DNA of 63,879 bases, filler included, from Octopus bimaculoides (lineage: Eukaryota), in the NCBI RefSeq assembly GCF_001194135.2. It is 4 parts of 3 records of this genome, joined end to end, with 100 filler letters (N's around TTAATTAATTAA, not from the genome) between each part and the next. Parts side by side here need not be neighbours in the genome. Positions count along the whole stretch, not along the records: positions 30,093 to 46,636 come from NC_068983.1; positions 46,737 to 60,656 come from NC_068983.1; 2 more parts are not named here. One strand, written 5' to 3'. Below the pieces are notes generated by a model. The model worked only from the letters and a program-made list of their open reading frames with translations. It was not told where the DNA came from and ran no database searches. Shown here piece after piece: positions 37,542 through 52,323 of the stretch; position 1 is the stretch's first letter; each line of letters begins with the position of its first letter. Position numbers and translations under genes: made by a program.

Positions 37542-38506
37542 GTATGTATGCATATATTTATATACAAATGCTTACGATGATCAACGCATTTATAGTTATT
37601 GTTGGTGTTGGTATTGCTGTTATTAATTTCCCCTCTTTTTTAGAATCCTCACTCTATTATTATTACATCAACGAGCTCGAAGCTGACAAAATATTTTATT
37701 TATTCACGACACCCTCTAGAAGAAACTGTATTTCTAACCCTGTTCTCTTTGAAATACTGGTGGTGTGTGTTCTTTTTTTTTTTTTTTCAGAAATTCGACT
37801 TATTAAGTTTATTTCTAATACATATGGCACCATAATGCTTAATAGAATTATTTTTAATCTTCTTGATAGATTAGTGTAAAGTCTTACAAATGGAATTGGT
37901 ATATTAAATAAATTTATTGCTTTTATATGATCTATTTGAAAAGGCTGTGTGTGTGTGCGTGTGTGTGTGTGTGTGCGTTTGTGTGTGTGTATTAATAATA
38001 TATATATTGGTACAGGGCGTTCCCAATAGTTAACGACATGAAATACGAAATCAAAGGAATTCAATACGCAAACAACGAGAGAAAATATGACAAACAGGAC
38101 AAGTAACACAAAGAATGACCCTCTTCAGTTGTCGGCCGTCTATCTACTCCTCATTTCGGGCATTAAACAATATGAATCTTTGAAGACAGCTGCTCTCATA
38201 AATACCAAAATTAAATTTTGTATTTAATAGAGAGTCAGATTTTGGAATAAAAACAGAACAGTTGAGACATACAAAGAAACCGAATGAAAACAAACATGGT
38301 CACGTGAGGAGAAGAAAGATGGACGATGGTCACCTGTGAGCAACGAGAGAGAGAGAGAGACTGACGGACAGATAGAAAACGGTGAAGGGGAGAAAAAGGA
38401 AAATAGAGAAGGATGGAGGAGAAATCAGTATATAGGTGAGTTGCATCATAAAGGTTAAGAGAAACTTAGAAATGGATGCGTGTTGTTCAAATAAATAAAA
38501 ATATAG

Positions 38507-38599
<93 letters not shown>

Positions 38600-41500
38600 T
38601 CACAGACACACACACATAACATACATACGTATTCTTGCTCTATATTTTCACGATTATTTCTTTCAATCAAGGACAGGCTGGTTGCAAAGTTACTTTACAG
38701 AGCGTAATTATGTACATTGTTATACTTGCAACCAAACAAATTATTTGGCTTTCTTCTTCGTTCCACTAACTATTAGTATATATAAATTATTCGTGAAATG
38801 TAACGGCGTAGACATCACTTGTTACATTATAAAAATAGAGTACTTGAGAATGGTCTAAACAATTATAAATTTATATACATTTATATGCATAATTTTGTAT
38901 ATATTTTATACTCCGTATAATTAGATAGTGCAGTGTTTTACAGACCCATAATATATTTTATTACAATATATTATGAGTTTCTTTACTATGCGTGAAGAGT
39001 TAGAATTCCTTACTATCTATGAACATAAGGCATTGTCCTCTTGTTGAATTGCTCCTTACTTTGATATTGAAAGATTTCCTACGCTTCAACCGACGTAAGT
39101 ACCATATTTTCGATATTATTGTCGTTGATTTAAAACGGTCCAAAATCACATAATTAAAGTTACACCATTTTATAAACAATGAATTGTAGGATTTTCGGCA
39201 AAGTTTCCTCTTACATACCCATAACTCAGCGGTGAAGTATGTATATTAGCATTAAAGCTAGTATATGAACTTCCCTTTCCACAGCTACTCTATATCCACT
39301 CTCTGCGCTCGTCGCAACTAATACAACTAACCATTTATTTCCCACACAACCTTTCTCATCTGACCCACATAAGAACACCTTTCATTGTACCTCTGCCAAT
39401 ATCATACGCGCTTAAATATTTGATATGCGGTACGAACTACAATAGATAAATAGGCTGCACAACTTGTTTACAAATTGGTTGGCAATTTGTCGACTGTCTC
39501 TCTACCGTTACACTCCACTGAACACTCCACTCATTTTTCCTCGATCTTAAACCTTGCTATTAAGCCAATGTCTCACTGCTCATTCCAAAACGAGGAAGAG
39601 CTCATCAGCTTTCTAAACGTTTCAAACACTTTTTACTTAAATTCACCGCGCACATTTTCTAAATTGCTCTTCCCGCTACACCACTTCTAGACAAATCAAA
39701 TGCTTTCGACCTCTCCATCTACTTACTTTACTTATTCCAAGCAGCCCCACCTGCACTCATCTCTCGCATCCCCACATTCGGTAATTAAACCTTACTTCTC
39801 GTTGTTATTGTATGACCTGTAACCTTTCGATGCTCCCTTACCACCATACAATCACACACTTCCGGTGCACATGCATGCAATCACACATACACGCTTCTGT
39901 ATCCATCTATAATTTTACCGCTCTAGCACACTCACACGCATGCACACACACATACACACACACCAACACCGAGCTCATTTTAAAGGAAACTCACCCATAT
40001 TGATGCTTACACGCATGCGCAGTGGCAATCGCGTATATACACACTTCTACATTTTGTTTTTCCTTGTTTTAATTCACATGTCACTAACGCATTTCACTCT
40101 TCTACATCTACATTTCATTTATGCTTCAACGCAACTCGCTTTACAGCCACTTAACACTCACGCACAAATACACACGCTCGCATTATTCTACTAAATCCCT
40201 CACTTGAAATAACTCATGTCTCTCTCTGAATAACAAAAACAAATGAGTTGTATTATTCTCTCGTCATTCCATCAACCGATTTCCTTCTTTCCACCTGCCC
40301 GTGCTTAGCAAAATTTTAACCTTCTTACATCTACGTTGCTTCTACCTTAGCGTTGCACTAACTTACATTTATCGAAAATTTGTTCTGTCAGTTAAGTTGT
40401 TTTCAAAGCTCTATGATTGTAAACAGTACTTACGTCACTACCACCCACACACAAACATACACATACATACACAATCTCTCTCTCACACACTCTCATATAT
40501 ATATATATATATANNNNNNNNNNNNNNNNNNNNNNNNNNNNNNNNNNNNNNNNNNNNNNNNNNNNNNNNNNNNNNNNNNNNNNNNNNNNNNNNNNNNNNN
40601 NNNNNNNNNNNNNNNNNNNNNNNNNNNNNNNNNNNNNNNNNNNNNNNNNNNNNNNNNNNNNNNNNNNNNNNNNNNNNNNNNNNNNNNNNNNNNNNNNNNN
40701 NNNNNNNNNNNNNNNNNNNNNNNNNNNNNNNNNNNNNNNNNNNNNATATATATATATATATACACGCACATATAAAGCTAGCTAGCTAAATAGATAGATA
40801 GATAGTCAGTCAGATAGTTAAAATAGGTATACAGTTTCTCTCAAGCAAATTCACTCCTAAGTCTCAAAGATTTACTCGGACTTCCTCGTCCCGTGCCAAC
40901 CCTTCTCTGCCACAAGTGCACCCGGCACTTCTATACTTTCCACTCAGGATGAAATGGTTCACTCATGCACTATAATTTACTTACTCTGATACGAGTCAAT
41001 ACCGTCGACTACTCTGAAGATATTGGATCAAATTAGGCCGTCATCAGAAGATATAAGCTCAAGCTACTATGAAGTGGGATTATAACCGGAAGTAATTGGT
41101 TGCGAAGCAAGCAACTTTCATACATCAGCATTCTCGCGACTATGTTTACACTCACAAAAGTTACCTGGAATGTGGTATTTTTTCTCCGGACGTTTAATTG
41201 CATTAACAACCTAAAAAGGAACATCAGCTTGAAGATTGTTTTTTAATATTCGTTTCGCTTGTGAATTGTTTCGATCTTGAGGAGTGAAATATTTTGGTAT
41301 AAACTTTAGGACGATATATCTCGCCGGAAATGTTTTGTAGAATTATTCATTAATAATTCATTGTGTTTCGCCGCAGTATATTTATTTCAAGTCAGTACCT
41401 TCATATGATAATATGTTTAACGTTAGTCAATTCTTTCATGTGCATTGGCTATTGACATACTATAAGAGTCTAAATATTTAACTTTATGCATTTTTGTTAA

Positions 41501-42869
41501 ACAGCAATAAAAACGTTATCGGTTATAAAGTACTATAAGTGATATAAATATACATATATTTAATGGTATCTCCATTCTGTAGAATTCAGAGCTAGTTCTG
41601 TAAGTTAAGATGTTTCGTAAGTAAATAGTCTATGTAAACAATGCCATCCAAGGCAGTAAATAAAGGGTTAATGGTGTATAAGATTACTTCAAGGATTATT
41701 GTCCTTTCATCAGTACTTTGTCCATGTCAACCATCCACAAACACAATGTTTAAATACGCACTAGATCTAGTGGTGTAACAGAACTGGATAGACTAATTTG
41801 CATATTAAGCTCATGTCTAGCAACCGATAAGTATATACTGGCAAGGCAACGGAATTTCATTGTGTTACCTTATGAACGCAAAATATCGGTAACAAAACGA
41901 AATAATGTTGCCTTGCGAGTAATTAGATATACATGTGCTCATGCACATATATACATATTTATAATCATACATATACACACGCTTACATGTACACACACCA
42001 GATAACAAACACGTATATATGTATCGGCTGTCATGCGGGTGGAAGACAATGCATTAGCTTTAATTTATAACATAAAGAGAATATAATAAAACGAATATGC
42101 AGAGAAAAGTAATGTAACTGTAATAGCTAACTATATATGTGTGTGTGTGCGAATGCGTGTGTTTGTGTGTATTCGCGTATATCGATATATAAGAGTAAGA
42201 TCCAGGGATCCAAGTGTAGGGATTTTTGTAAGGTTCAAGCATATTGAAAACAAATTGTGGACAGTGTAAGATCAGAAACGATAACAATTTATTGGCATTG
42301 AAGTTTACACACATTTTCCTATATCGAAGTGACACGGAAATTCGAGAAGCTGGTAGTTTCTGTATACTGCACGGTAACCAAATAGACTTGCTATGAATGC
42401 GAATAAAAATCCAAATTGAGGGAGTGGAATTGGTAAAATCTACGTTACTTAGCTAACAGGCCCTGTTCCAAAAGTGGCAGGAACGTTGAAACCTGTATAT
42501 TGCCGTGACTATTTCGAAGGGTATGATGTTAAAACGTAGGTAAATAAGTTAATTTTTAATTAAACATTTAGTCCTGGAAACTTCTGATACCACCTCGTAT
42601 AAAATATCTCTAACAATATATCAAGGAAGTGAGAGGGAAGAGTAGGATAGATGCATAGAGACATGTGTTGGGTGATGCATGTGTATCTTCGTAATTGTAC
42701 TCTTCAGTAAACAATTAAAGCGACACAGATATTTGAGGAAAAATTACTTCGATGCCACAGTACGAATGCCAACCGCAGTAGAAAGGGTTTTATCGTTGTT
42801 TTCAACAAGAATATTTTTATACACAAAAATACTTTTATTTCTTATTTCTATTATTCGTTCCATTCATTG

Positions 42870-43200
42870 ACTTACGGCCATGTTCTCACACCACGTGGAC
42901 AAGTTTAGTCGATCAAATCAACCCTCGTTACAAACATCTTTATTTGCTTTTCAAATCTGGTAAAATTATATCGTTCTTCGTAGGCTGAACTGCTAACATT
43001 AAAATGATGTAAGCAAACAATCAGAGGTTGACAAGTGTTAAGAAGCGAAGATAAAGACGCACGCACCCACACATAAACACTCGTATATAAGATGGGTTTC
43101 TTCAGTTTCCACAAAAGAACTCATAAAGCAATGTTCCGAAGACACACTCCTGAACGTAATGCAGGAGATTGCAAAGAGAATTTGTAAACCACACAATCAG
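42870..43200 (-). mobile_element. Old, highly decayed S1-like SINE
   Basis: Remnants ggccatgttc, ttagtcgatcaaatcaaccc, ggttgacaag and ttcttcagtttcc appear in S1 order. Confidence 0.55.
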
Positions 43201-43776
43201 TGATGAATTGTTTAAGAATTGAAGTCAGATCTCGAAATAGCAACATATTGTCACTAATATAAATATTCACTTACTGTGTAAGGAACTTCTATGTGGTAAC
43301 TCGACATTCTACGAACAGAAGTCCACAAGTGGTTAGAAGAGAATGTAAAGACACACACACCCACACTTGGTTGCCTAATCTGTATATATAAAAGGCAGTA
43401 TGTGTGTGTGTATGTGTGCGTACGTGAATGTAAATTATGCACGTCAACAAATTAACACATATGTCGCTCCAATTTTAGGAGGACATTCATCATGACCCTC
43501 GTTGTATTTTCGAATAGCAGTAAAAATAAATTTTCAACCAAAACTTTTAATAATTTTCAAGTCGGAGAAATCACAATTGTTTACAAACAGGAGTTAAGTC
43601 CCTTTCTAGCGACGAGTATGTTTTTGTTAAGACATTTGTTGTTTTCTTTTCCATCGAGGAAGAAAGTGTTTTGTTGATATACAGGTATCACACGCAGAAA
43701 CATAAGAACATATATGCGTACAAAAAAATATGTACGCAATTGGTGTACGTACGTGTGTGTGTGAGTGTTGCCCATA

Positions 43777-43809
<33 letters not shown>

Positions 43810-43849
43810 GCATATATATACATATACTTAAGACTTAGTTGTGATCTGA

Positions 43850-44147
43850 ACATAACCGCTTCTGAAACAGAGGACCGGGAGCCCTTTTGGACATTCTATT
43901 TCCTTTGCGGGAAGGGTTCCCAACCTATGGGCAAAGAGGGGTTAGATGATGGGATGGTGTTTTCAAAGGGCTGGCATGTGTAACCTGATCACCTCTGCCG
44001 ATTAAACTCCCAACCCATGCACTCTCGTCGCGACACTGATTCTGCCCAAATTTGACGTCGATGTTACTTAGTTTAGTCTGAAATAAAGAACTTGATTAGC
44101 TTAATAATCCTAACTTAATCCCGGGCAAAGTCGGGCTATACTGCTAG
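43850..44147 (+). mobile_element. Non-autonomous Helitron 3' end
   Basis: cccgggcaaagtcggg hairpin + tatactgCTAG|T at 44120-44148. The 5' limit is uncertain. Confidence 0.65.
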
Positions 44148-46567
44148 TACACATTAAATTGCAGACAAATTTATACTGTACTATGGTATCATACATAAAC
44201 TATGCTTTAATAAACTAATAGGCTTGTGCTGTGTAAATGTCTTTGATCATATGGTTGATCGATCGGGACTAACATTGACTTAGCACTAAAAATAACAACA
44301 AAAAAATCAATCCAATTCATTCATTTATAGAAGGATGGAGTGTTTACTTTATACAAAATAATACATCTGAATTCTATGTTTGCATATACTGACAGAAAAA
44401 AGCACCGCGTCACTAACTGTGGTCTCGTTACATGTACAAGAGTGTCTCCATATAATTAACTGTTACTGAATTTTTTTTATAACACGTTACATAAAACTCA
44501 GTTTTCGGTGTTGCTAGTTATAAATAGCGATTAGATAAATAGGTACATCGCTGTGTTAGCAGAAACACAAAGCGACGGTAGATGGAAAAATGATACTTTC
44601 AATAAGTAATTAGATTTGAGATATTCATCGAAAGAGGATGAAATGAAGAGAGTGAAAGTGGGAGTGAAGAATTAAGATTTTCTGAGATTTCAAAATACTG
44701 AGAGAGTTGGGGGATTGAGTGAGATAGTAAAACGGCGATGAAGGAAAATATATTTGAATATTTAACTTGAAGTTTGGAATAAGAACATTTGCTCGAAACC
44801 CGGATAGATGGGCAACACTTATGAATATGTTTATTATGTGTATCAGAAGTACATGAGCACATATATAAAGAAAAAATCATTTAAGTCACTTACAGCCCTT
44901 GAGTGCTACCTCTATCAATGAATTCCTTAAACAAGAAAACCAAGGTATTTTTGTCATTTCAAGAATCAAAATGTTAGTTTTTATATGAATTGGTGTTTTT
45001 GCTCCAGAGAAGACACTTAAATACGGGATTTTGGCCGTGAATATCCCGCATTTTCAGATATATTTTGCCTCAGATTTCATTATCACATTTTTAAAAATGC
45101 AGTTGGATAGTTCTTGAGGAAGATTTGCTTGCTTTTTCCAGAAAAGTAAGACATTTAAGTGACATTAACGAAGTGTTTCGAAAGGTTAAAAAAGGAACCT
45201 GCGAAGAAAATAATTTCGCAGAGAATAAATTGACGTTGCACACTGTTTACTGAAAGGCAGATACAAATCTGTAACGTTTTACTCCAATATTTATGTATCT
45301 GCCTAAAAAAAAAAAGAACCAAATAAACAAATCTAATATAATACGTAGACTTCTTTCCCTAAGTGTGTGTGAACACTCTGAAGTAATTCTATCTCGAGGC
45401 ACTTCTCATGATTATCAACCAAGCGAAATCTGCAGTGTAGTCATCACTTCAATTATTGATACTAAGCCGACAAAATCTGATTATTGAGTTGCTATATTGA
45501 CCATTAAAATCCTGGTAAGCAGTCTTTAGTTTCTATTTCGAGAGGGACACTTCGATGCTGGCCTTTCTTTAGCATCTGCCATTAAGCAGTCTATTGTTGA
45601 CCGAGTGTATTATTTTTATGTACTGAGGCAGTAGAAATTTGTATGCAATGCTGGCTACCAATACACGTTTCGCACGTTCTAACACAAAATAAAATTCCTA
45701 TCAGTATTCGTTAATAAAATGGACTAAATTGTTAAGAGCCTTCGTATAACTTGATACGTATATCGCACATTCCCACCTGCATTCACACATAATCACACAT
45801 ATATTATCCATTTATTCTGGAGTGAGAATAATCGATCTAAGATCTGTAAATCCTGGTCATTAGTTTCTAGCTAGCTCTTTATCTTTCTACGCGTAACTTG
45901 CTTCCTTCAGAGAACACAACATAATGATATGTACAAAGGCAAAATGCAGCAATTTTTATTCATTGCTAAAACACGTCAACTACAAAAATATATGTAGAGG
46001 AATGTAAAGTGAATTGTACCCAACATCGACCTTGTATATTCTTGCTAGATATTTTAGTGATCAAAAGAACTAAATAGAGAAACAGTGAGATAGAACGAGA
46101 GAGAGAGGAGAGATGCAGATGTGAAGGAAGATGAATCGAACTTTTGCGTCATTATTTAAGTTGACACTATTATCCAAAACAACAGATTAAAGGCCAGTTA
46201 AATGAGCGAGCGACAGTTGAGAATATTACAATTTATATGTACCATGGGCGCATGACTATAAATATTCTGCGAGAAGAATCGTTATAGTCATCTATAGAAA
46301 TACTGAATGAATTTTTCATTTGATTTGTGTATAGGTTTGGCCTACAGAAACAAAATTTTAATCAAACTCCACGAAGAAAGCGTACAATAACGAGTGAGTA
46401 CTATATGTGGTCGCTTAAAATTATAGGTCGTCCAACTTAATAATTGTGATATATCTGAATGAGATGCACACGCGTGTATACATACACACTTACTTAGACA
46501 CGCATCTCCGTACACACAAGCATGTACGCGCATTTATGTGCCTGTGTGCGTGTGTGTGTTTATGTGT

Positions 46568-46636
<69 letters not shown>

Positions 46637-46736
46637 NNNNNNNNNNNNNNNNNNNNNNNNNNNNNNNNNNNNNNNNNNNNTTAATTAATTAANNNNNNNN
46701 NNNNNNNNNNNNNNNNNNNNNNNNNNNNNNNNNNNN
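46637..46736. other. Artificial scaffold linker (44 N + TTAATTAATTAA + 44 N)
   Basis: Identical to the linker at 29993. Confidence 0.95.
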
Positions 46737-46829
46737 TAACAATCTAAATTTAGGACTAGATTTAAGTGCTTTGTAATGATAGATTCTATATTGACCCTTG
46801 GAATCACAGATGGCCCCCACAGAAATTAT

Positions 46830-46865
<36 letters not shown>

Positions 46866-47477
46866 AATAGCAGCTAAGCCCAGTTTCTCCTGGTCAGTTT
46901 GGATGATGTGGCTGTAAAACCTGCTCTGTAAGCATTTGACTTGGTTGGGCATGCTTACATTAAAAAAGCAATTTTAGAATGACTTTTTTCTGTCAAAACA
47001 CTAAAAATAACTGACCAACAAAAGAAAAACAACCAAGATTCAACCAAATCGAAAAATAAACCCAAATACTAAGTGAACAAAGATGCACCATCCCACTTCC
47101 ATTGCGTGCGCACATGCACACACACACACACGCACGCACACACATTCACATACCCCCCTTTTACATACAGACGCATATATTCACACAGAGTTGAAACGCT
47201 GTTTGATTTTCTGTGTACAATTTTCATCATTCCACTACCAAGTATGACATTACTCCTTCCTTCCTTATTCATCTATCACCCCTTACTTTCTCATTCATAA
47301 ACACAAGAGTATTATTATAGTAGATTATCTCGGTAACCATGGGAGCTATGAAAAAATACAAAGCCCAGTATCACCACTGGATCATTCTACACATCTGTGT
47401 AATTTTTCACGCAATTCCACCCAGCCATTTGTTTGTGAATCCTAAGACAAGAAAGAATCGCCCATGTCAAATTTACA

Positions 47478-47524
<47 letters not shown>

Positions 47525-47526
<2 letters not shown>

Positions 47527-47842
47527 GAGTTCCTCTTTGGTCACGAATAACCATGGGATTGCACCTAGAAAGTTACCCTCCGAGGCACAAGTCCGGGCAA
47601 GGTTGTTTATGGAAGACCAGCAGTCGCCCATGCATACCTGCCTCCCCTCTCCATGCCACTGATGTTATCCAAGGGAAAGGCAAACGCCAATACAGCTTGG
47701 CACCAGTGACGTCGCAACTCATTTCTACAGCTGAGTGAACTGGAGCAAAGTGTTTTGCTCAAGAACACAACACGCAGCCTGGTCCGGGATTCGAACTCAC
47801 AACCTCATGGTCGTAAGTTTGGTGCTCTGACCACTGAGCCAC
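47525..47842 (-). mobile_element. tRNA-derived SINE family S2, near full length
   Basis: Minus strand A box TGGCTCAGTGG (47841-47831) and B box GTTCGAATCC (47796-47787); body matches 55245-55510. Confidence 0.9.
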
Positions 47843-47859
47843 ATATATATATACATACA

Positions 47860-47893
<34 letters not shown>

Positions 47894-49095
47894 TGCTAGT
47901 GTCTGTTTTTCCTTTAGTTTTTGCTTACTTATACACATCAACAAATGAGCCAATAAGATACTCTCTGTGTGGTTGTTCAATTTGCTAGAAATAGTAGCCA
48001 AATCTCCCTCATACTATGCTCTTGTTAGTATTAAGGAAAGAGAAAATGTTTACTCCTCTCCATCATTATGATTAAAATTAATATTTTTGAATTTGTTCAC
48101 CTCTATGAATTTAATTTTTTTTAAATGCTTCTGTCCATTGCTTGATACAGGAAATTGAAAAATCCTTACCAAAGCAGAGAAATTCTACCTTAACAAAAAA
48201 TATAGAAAGAGAAAGAAAAGGTTTTGTTTTCCAAAGCCAAAAGATGTTTTTTTAGCTGGGTGTAATTTTATAATTTAAACAAATTCAAAATTTAAATTTC
48301 AGAACATAAGACTTACCACATTATCTGGTGTATAGCTGCAGTTCAAATGGATACAAAACCTAAGACAAATGTGTGTGTGTGTGCGCGCATGTGTGTATGT
48401 GTGTAGTTGGGTCTTTAATAGCCAGGGGTCACTTTAAGTTCAATCGCAGAAAGGAATTCAAAACGGCAACACACGCAATCATATACATACAAACATACCC
48501 ATACATACACATACATAAACAAATACATATCTATCAGCCACTCCCAAAAGCCAATTTGATCCAAAATTCTGACCACCATTCTTTATATATTTGGACACAC
48601 ACACACACATACACACACACACACATTTAGCTTTTCGCTTTTATTCATTACTTTTTTTTCTTTTAATCGTTTGTCACTATTCATTTGTTTTTAGTTTTGG
48701 GGGTTTCACTTTAGCGGCACCAGTTACACATGATACCAGGAATTTGCTTGGTGTTGTCAAAGTGGAAAAGTGTTTTTTTTAAGTTATTGAAAATTTGAAA
48801 CTAAAAGGCATGGTTTATTTAGACTGACTGTTGCAGAGATGTGAAAATATAGCTACTACCCATTAATTTCAAATTAAACTTACCAAAGACGAGGGTCTTC
48901 CAGCGCCCCACTAGCATCCCAAACTCTCTTAATGCCCCCGCCTAGTGCCCCTTTGCTCCAAAATTCCCCACTCGAGCTCCAAATGCTCCTCCCATAGAGA
49001 GGGGGCTTATGGCCCCCATTGAGAACCTTTGTTTTAAATGAACTTGATTTTTATGAAACCTTTTGACTTATATATTAATATAAACCAACTTCAAT

Positions 49096-49096
<1 letters not shown>

Positions 49097-49137
<41 letters not shown>

Positions 49138-49445
49138 GTTTAACGGCCGCTTTCCATGCTAGCATGGGTTGGACGATTTGACTGAGGACTGGTGAACCAG
49201 GTGGCTACACCAGGCTCCAATCTGATTTGGCAGAGTTTCTACAGCTGGATGCCCTTCCTAACGCCAACCACTCTGAGAGTGTAGTAGGTGCTTTTATGTG
49301 CCACCGGCACGAAGGCCAGTCAGGGGTACTGGCAATGCTTGAAATGGTGTATTTTACGTGCTACCTGCACAGGAGCCAGTCCAGCGGCACTGGCAACGGT
49401 CTCGCTCGAATGTCTTTTCATGTGCCACCGGCCCAAGTGCCAGGA
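49097..49445 (-). mobile_element. RTE LINE 3' UTR/tail ending in (GAT)n
   Basis: Homologous to 2360-2550 (ggatgcccttcctaacgcc, catgctagcatgggttggac); (CAT)n at 49097-49137. Confidence 0.85.
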
Positions 49446-49846
49446 ATATATATATATATATATATATATATATNNNNNNNNNNNNNNNNNNNNNNNNNNN
49501 NNNNNNNNNNNNNNNNNNNNNNNNNNNNNNNNNNNNNNNNNNNNNNNNNNNNNNNNNNNNNNNNNNCATATATATATATATGGTTTGCTTTTGTGTTTTT
49601 TTTTAAGTGACTGTTTTCTGAGAGTTTATTTATGCTTTATATAACATCATTGTCATTTGATTCAACTTAAAAAAAAATATTTAAAGATAGTATGTATTTA
49701 AATTAAATTTAAATAATTTTCAGATGAATATTAATTGATTTTAACTAATGAAAGTAACAGAAAAAAACAGAACAAAAATTACAGCTATTGATGAAAACCG
49801 TTATTTCCAGATTTAATATGAAGAGTAAATTTTTATTATATTACAG

Positions 49847-49961
49847 GTTGGTTTGTGTTTGAATTTACGAAATCTTCCTTGGTATGATGAAACAGATCCA
49901 CACACATTTTTTCCTCGTTGTTACCTACTCTGTCATAGTGAAGAAAAGCAAGAATTTATTG
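49847..49961 (+). CDS. TTLL3: Tubulin monoglycylase TTLL3/TTLL8 family, internal coding exon (115 nt, phase 0 to 1)
   Basis: ttacag|[38 protein letters not shown]|gtaaat. The [18 protein letters not shown] motif is characteristic of TTLL3/8. The paralog cannot be resolved from three exons. Confidence 0.93.
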
Positions 49962-50006
49962 GTAAATATTTAAACATCATATTAGTATATGGTGATTTTT
50001 GCCATA

Positions 50007-51039
50007 TGAGGGTGGGCTGAAAAGTTCATAGGCTATGAAGGAGTGATGTTAGAACTGTGAAATCTTACATGGATTAATTTCAACTCTCCTTATGAATAAT
50101 TGCATTATTTCTTTCCAGGTAAACTGACATCTCACTGCTCAAAGAACACTTCAAATGTAACTAGTAGCGACTTCTCTTGAAAATGGACAAAATTTAGCAT
50201 TATGATGTTATAAAGTACCTGCAGAAAAAAGGTTTAGCCCCGCAGTGACATTCATGCTGACATGCTTGTTACATTAGGGGATGATGCTCCAGCTTTATCA
50301 ACTGTGCAAAAGTGGGCAGCTGAATTTAGGAGAAGGGAGAGTCTTGAAGATGACCCAAGGTCTCAATGTCCTGAAACTGCCACCACCAAGGAAAACATTG
50401 ATTGTATTCACCACATGGTGATGGATGGCAGGTGATTGACTATAAATCCAATAGCCAATGGATTAGCATATCCTGTGAGAGAGTCGACAATATTCTGCAC
50501 AATGAACTTGGCATGATGAAGGTTTTGGTGAGGCAAAAGGCATTGTGTTTACTGACTATTTTCGAAAGGGCCACAGCATCAATGGAGAGTAATATGCCAA
50601 CTTGCTTAAGCAATTACAAAAGACTATCAAGAGCAAATGTCCAGGAAAACGGACAAAAGGTGTCTTGTTTCATCAGGACAATGCTCCAGTGCACATGTCC
50701 TTGCTTTGAATGGCTGCTGTGGATGAGTGTGACTTTGCACTGATTGATCACCCTTCCTACTCCCCTGATTTAGCCCTGTCTAACTATCATCTGTTCCCCA
50801 ACATGAAAAGCTATTCAGCTGGGAACCAGTATTGCAGTGATGATGATATCGTGTCTGCTGTGGATGACATTTTTTTACCAACAGGATGAAAGCTTTTCCA
50901 CCAGCGGGATCCAAGCATTGCATCACTGATGAGAGAAATGTGTGGACTACAAGGGGGACTATATTGAAAAATAAAGTTCATTTGGTCACCATTCATGAGA
51001 GTATGTTAGCCAGCCTATGGACTTTTCAGCCGATCCTTG
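50007..51039 (+). mobile_element. Mariner (DD34D) element with internal deletion, TIRs and TA TSD intact, in the TTLL3 intron
   Basis: 28-bp TIRs tgagggtgggctgaaaagttcataggct / agcctatggacttttcagccgatccttg, TA on both sides. Decayed transposase: STVQKWAAEFRR..SLEDDPRS, GVLFHQDNAPVH, HPSYSPDLA; the region with the first catalytic D is missing. Confidence 0.92.
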
Positions 51040-52129
51040 TAATACTCTTTGTAAATTTTTAAAAGTCTCTCAAAGAAATTTTGTATTTTCTTTAACAACA
51101 GACATCAACATTCCTCAGCAAGTAATTTATTTGCTGAATCCTGTAAACAAGAGCCTCAAAAGTCTTTTAGATTCATTGGTCTGGAGAAGCTTTGGCTGAG
51201 AGGCATACAACAAGGTCAAAACACCATTGTCCCAAAGTACCCTTAACCCTATAAATCAAGTTTGTTATGAAGACACATTCATTTAAAAGTGGTTGTTCTC
51301 CAATGATTAAACACAATGGCAATTAACACATGTTCGAATCTGCTAGAACATATTAAGAATGAATGTGGATCATTCTCATGAAAGTTAAAACAGCTTTTCA
51401 AAAATTTCTAGAATGTCCAGAAAAATTACTATACACCTATAAAGGTATGTTGAAATGGTTCATATATGGACAAATATTGATACTGGGACGTTTTCTTCCA
51501 GATCTACTCTGTTTGGAAGACAGACAATATTTATCTTGAAAATGCCACACCTATTTTCGTCATGCAGGTCACTCCAGGTAAATGAGAATTGTTACCACAA
51601 ACATTAATGTTGAGCAAAGATATTAGCATTGTTTTAATTCAAAGTTTAATGTAAATAAACACCATGAGGCATTTTTTGCTGCTCTGGAGAGATTCAGAGG
51701 AATTCACAGTTAATATTTTCAGGTGAAGCAAGATATTTTGTGCGATGTCATACATCATATGATTTGGATCCTCTTTAAAAAATTCAGCATACATTCTTGG
51801 TAAAAAATTTTTTTCCTGGGCAGTCAAACTTTATTCTAAAGAATAAATCAGTACAATTCTTGTAAATGGTCAAGATTTACAACTTGTGTCTGGCTGTCAT
51901 GTACATCACATGAGAATGGTCCATATGTATGTCATTACATGAATTATTGCCACCATAGATTATTTGCCATCTAACATCAATGATAAATACAGACACTAAT
52001 ATATATATCATCATCACTTAACGTCCATCTTCCATGCTGGCTTGGGTTGGATGGTTTGACAGGAGCTGTTCAGGTAGAAGACTATATATATAATCTCGAG
52101 TAGAACTATAGAAAATTTAACTGCATTAA

Positions 52130-52289
52130 GGTGCAGGCATGGCTGTGTGGTAAGAAGCTTGCTTCCCGACCACATGGTTTCAGGTTCAGTCACACTGCAT
52201 GGCACCTTGGGCAAATGTCTTCTACAATAGCCTTGGGCCAACCAAAGTCTTGTGAGTGGATTTGGTAGATGGAAACTGAAAGAAGCCTG

Positions 52290-52323
<34 letters not shown>

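Noticed and set aside
48840-49040. gcccccattgagaacc end resembling a hAT/Charlie terminus
   Set aside because: No matching opposite TIR or 8-bp TSD found.
51420-51830. 62-aa minus-strand ORF and GVAFQDK word suggesting an old mariner or a nested gene
   Set aside because: The similarity is too weak and there are no consistent splice sites or TIRs.
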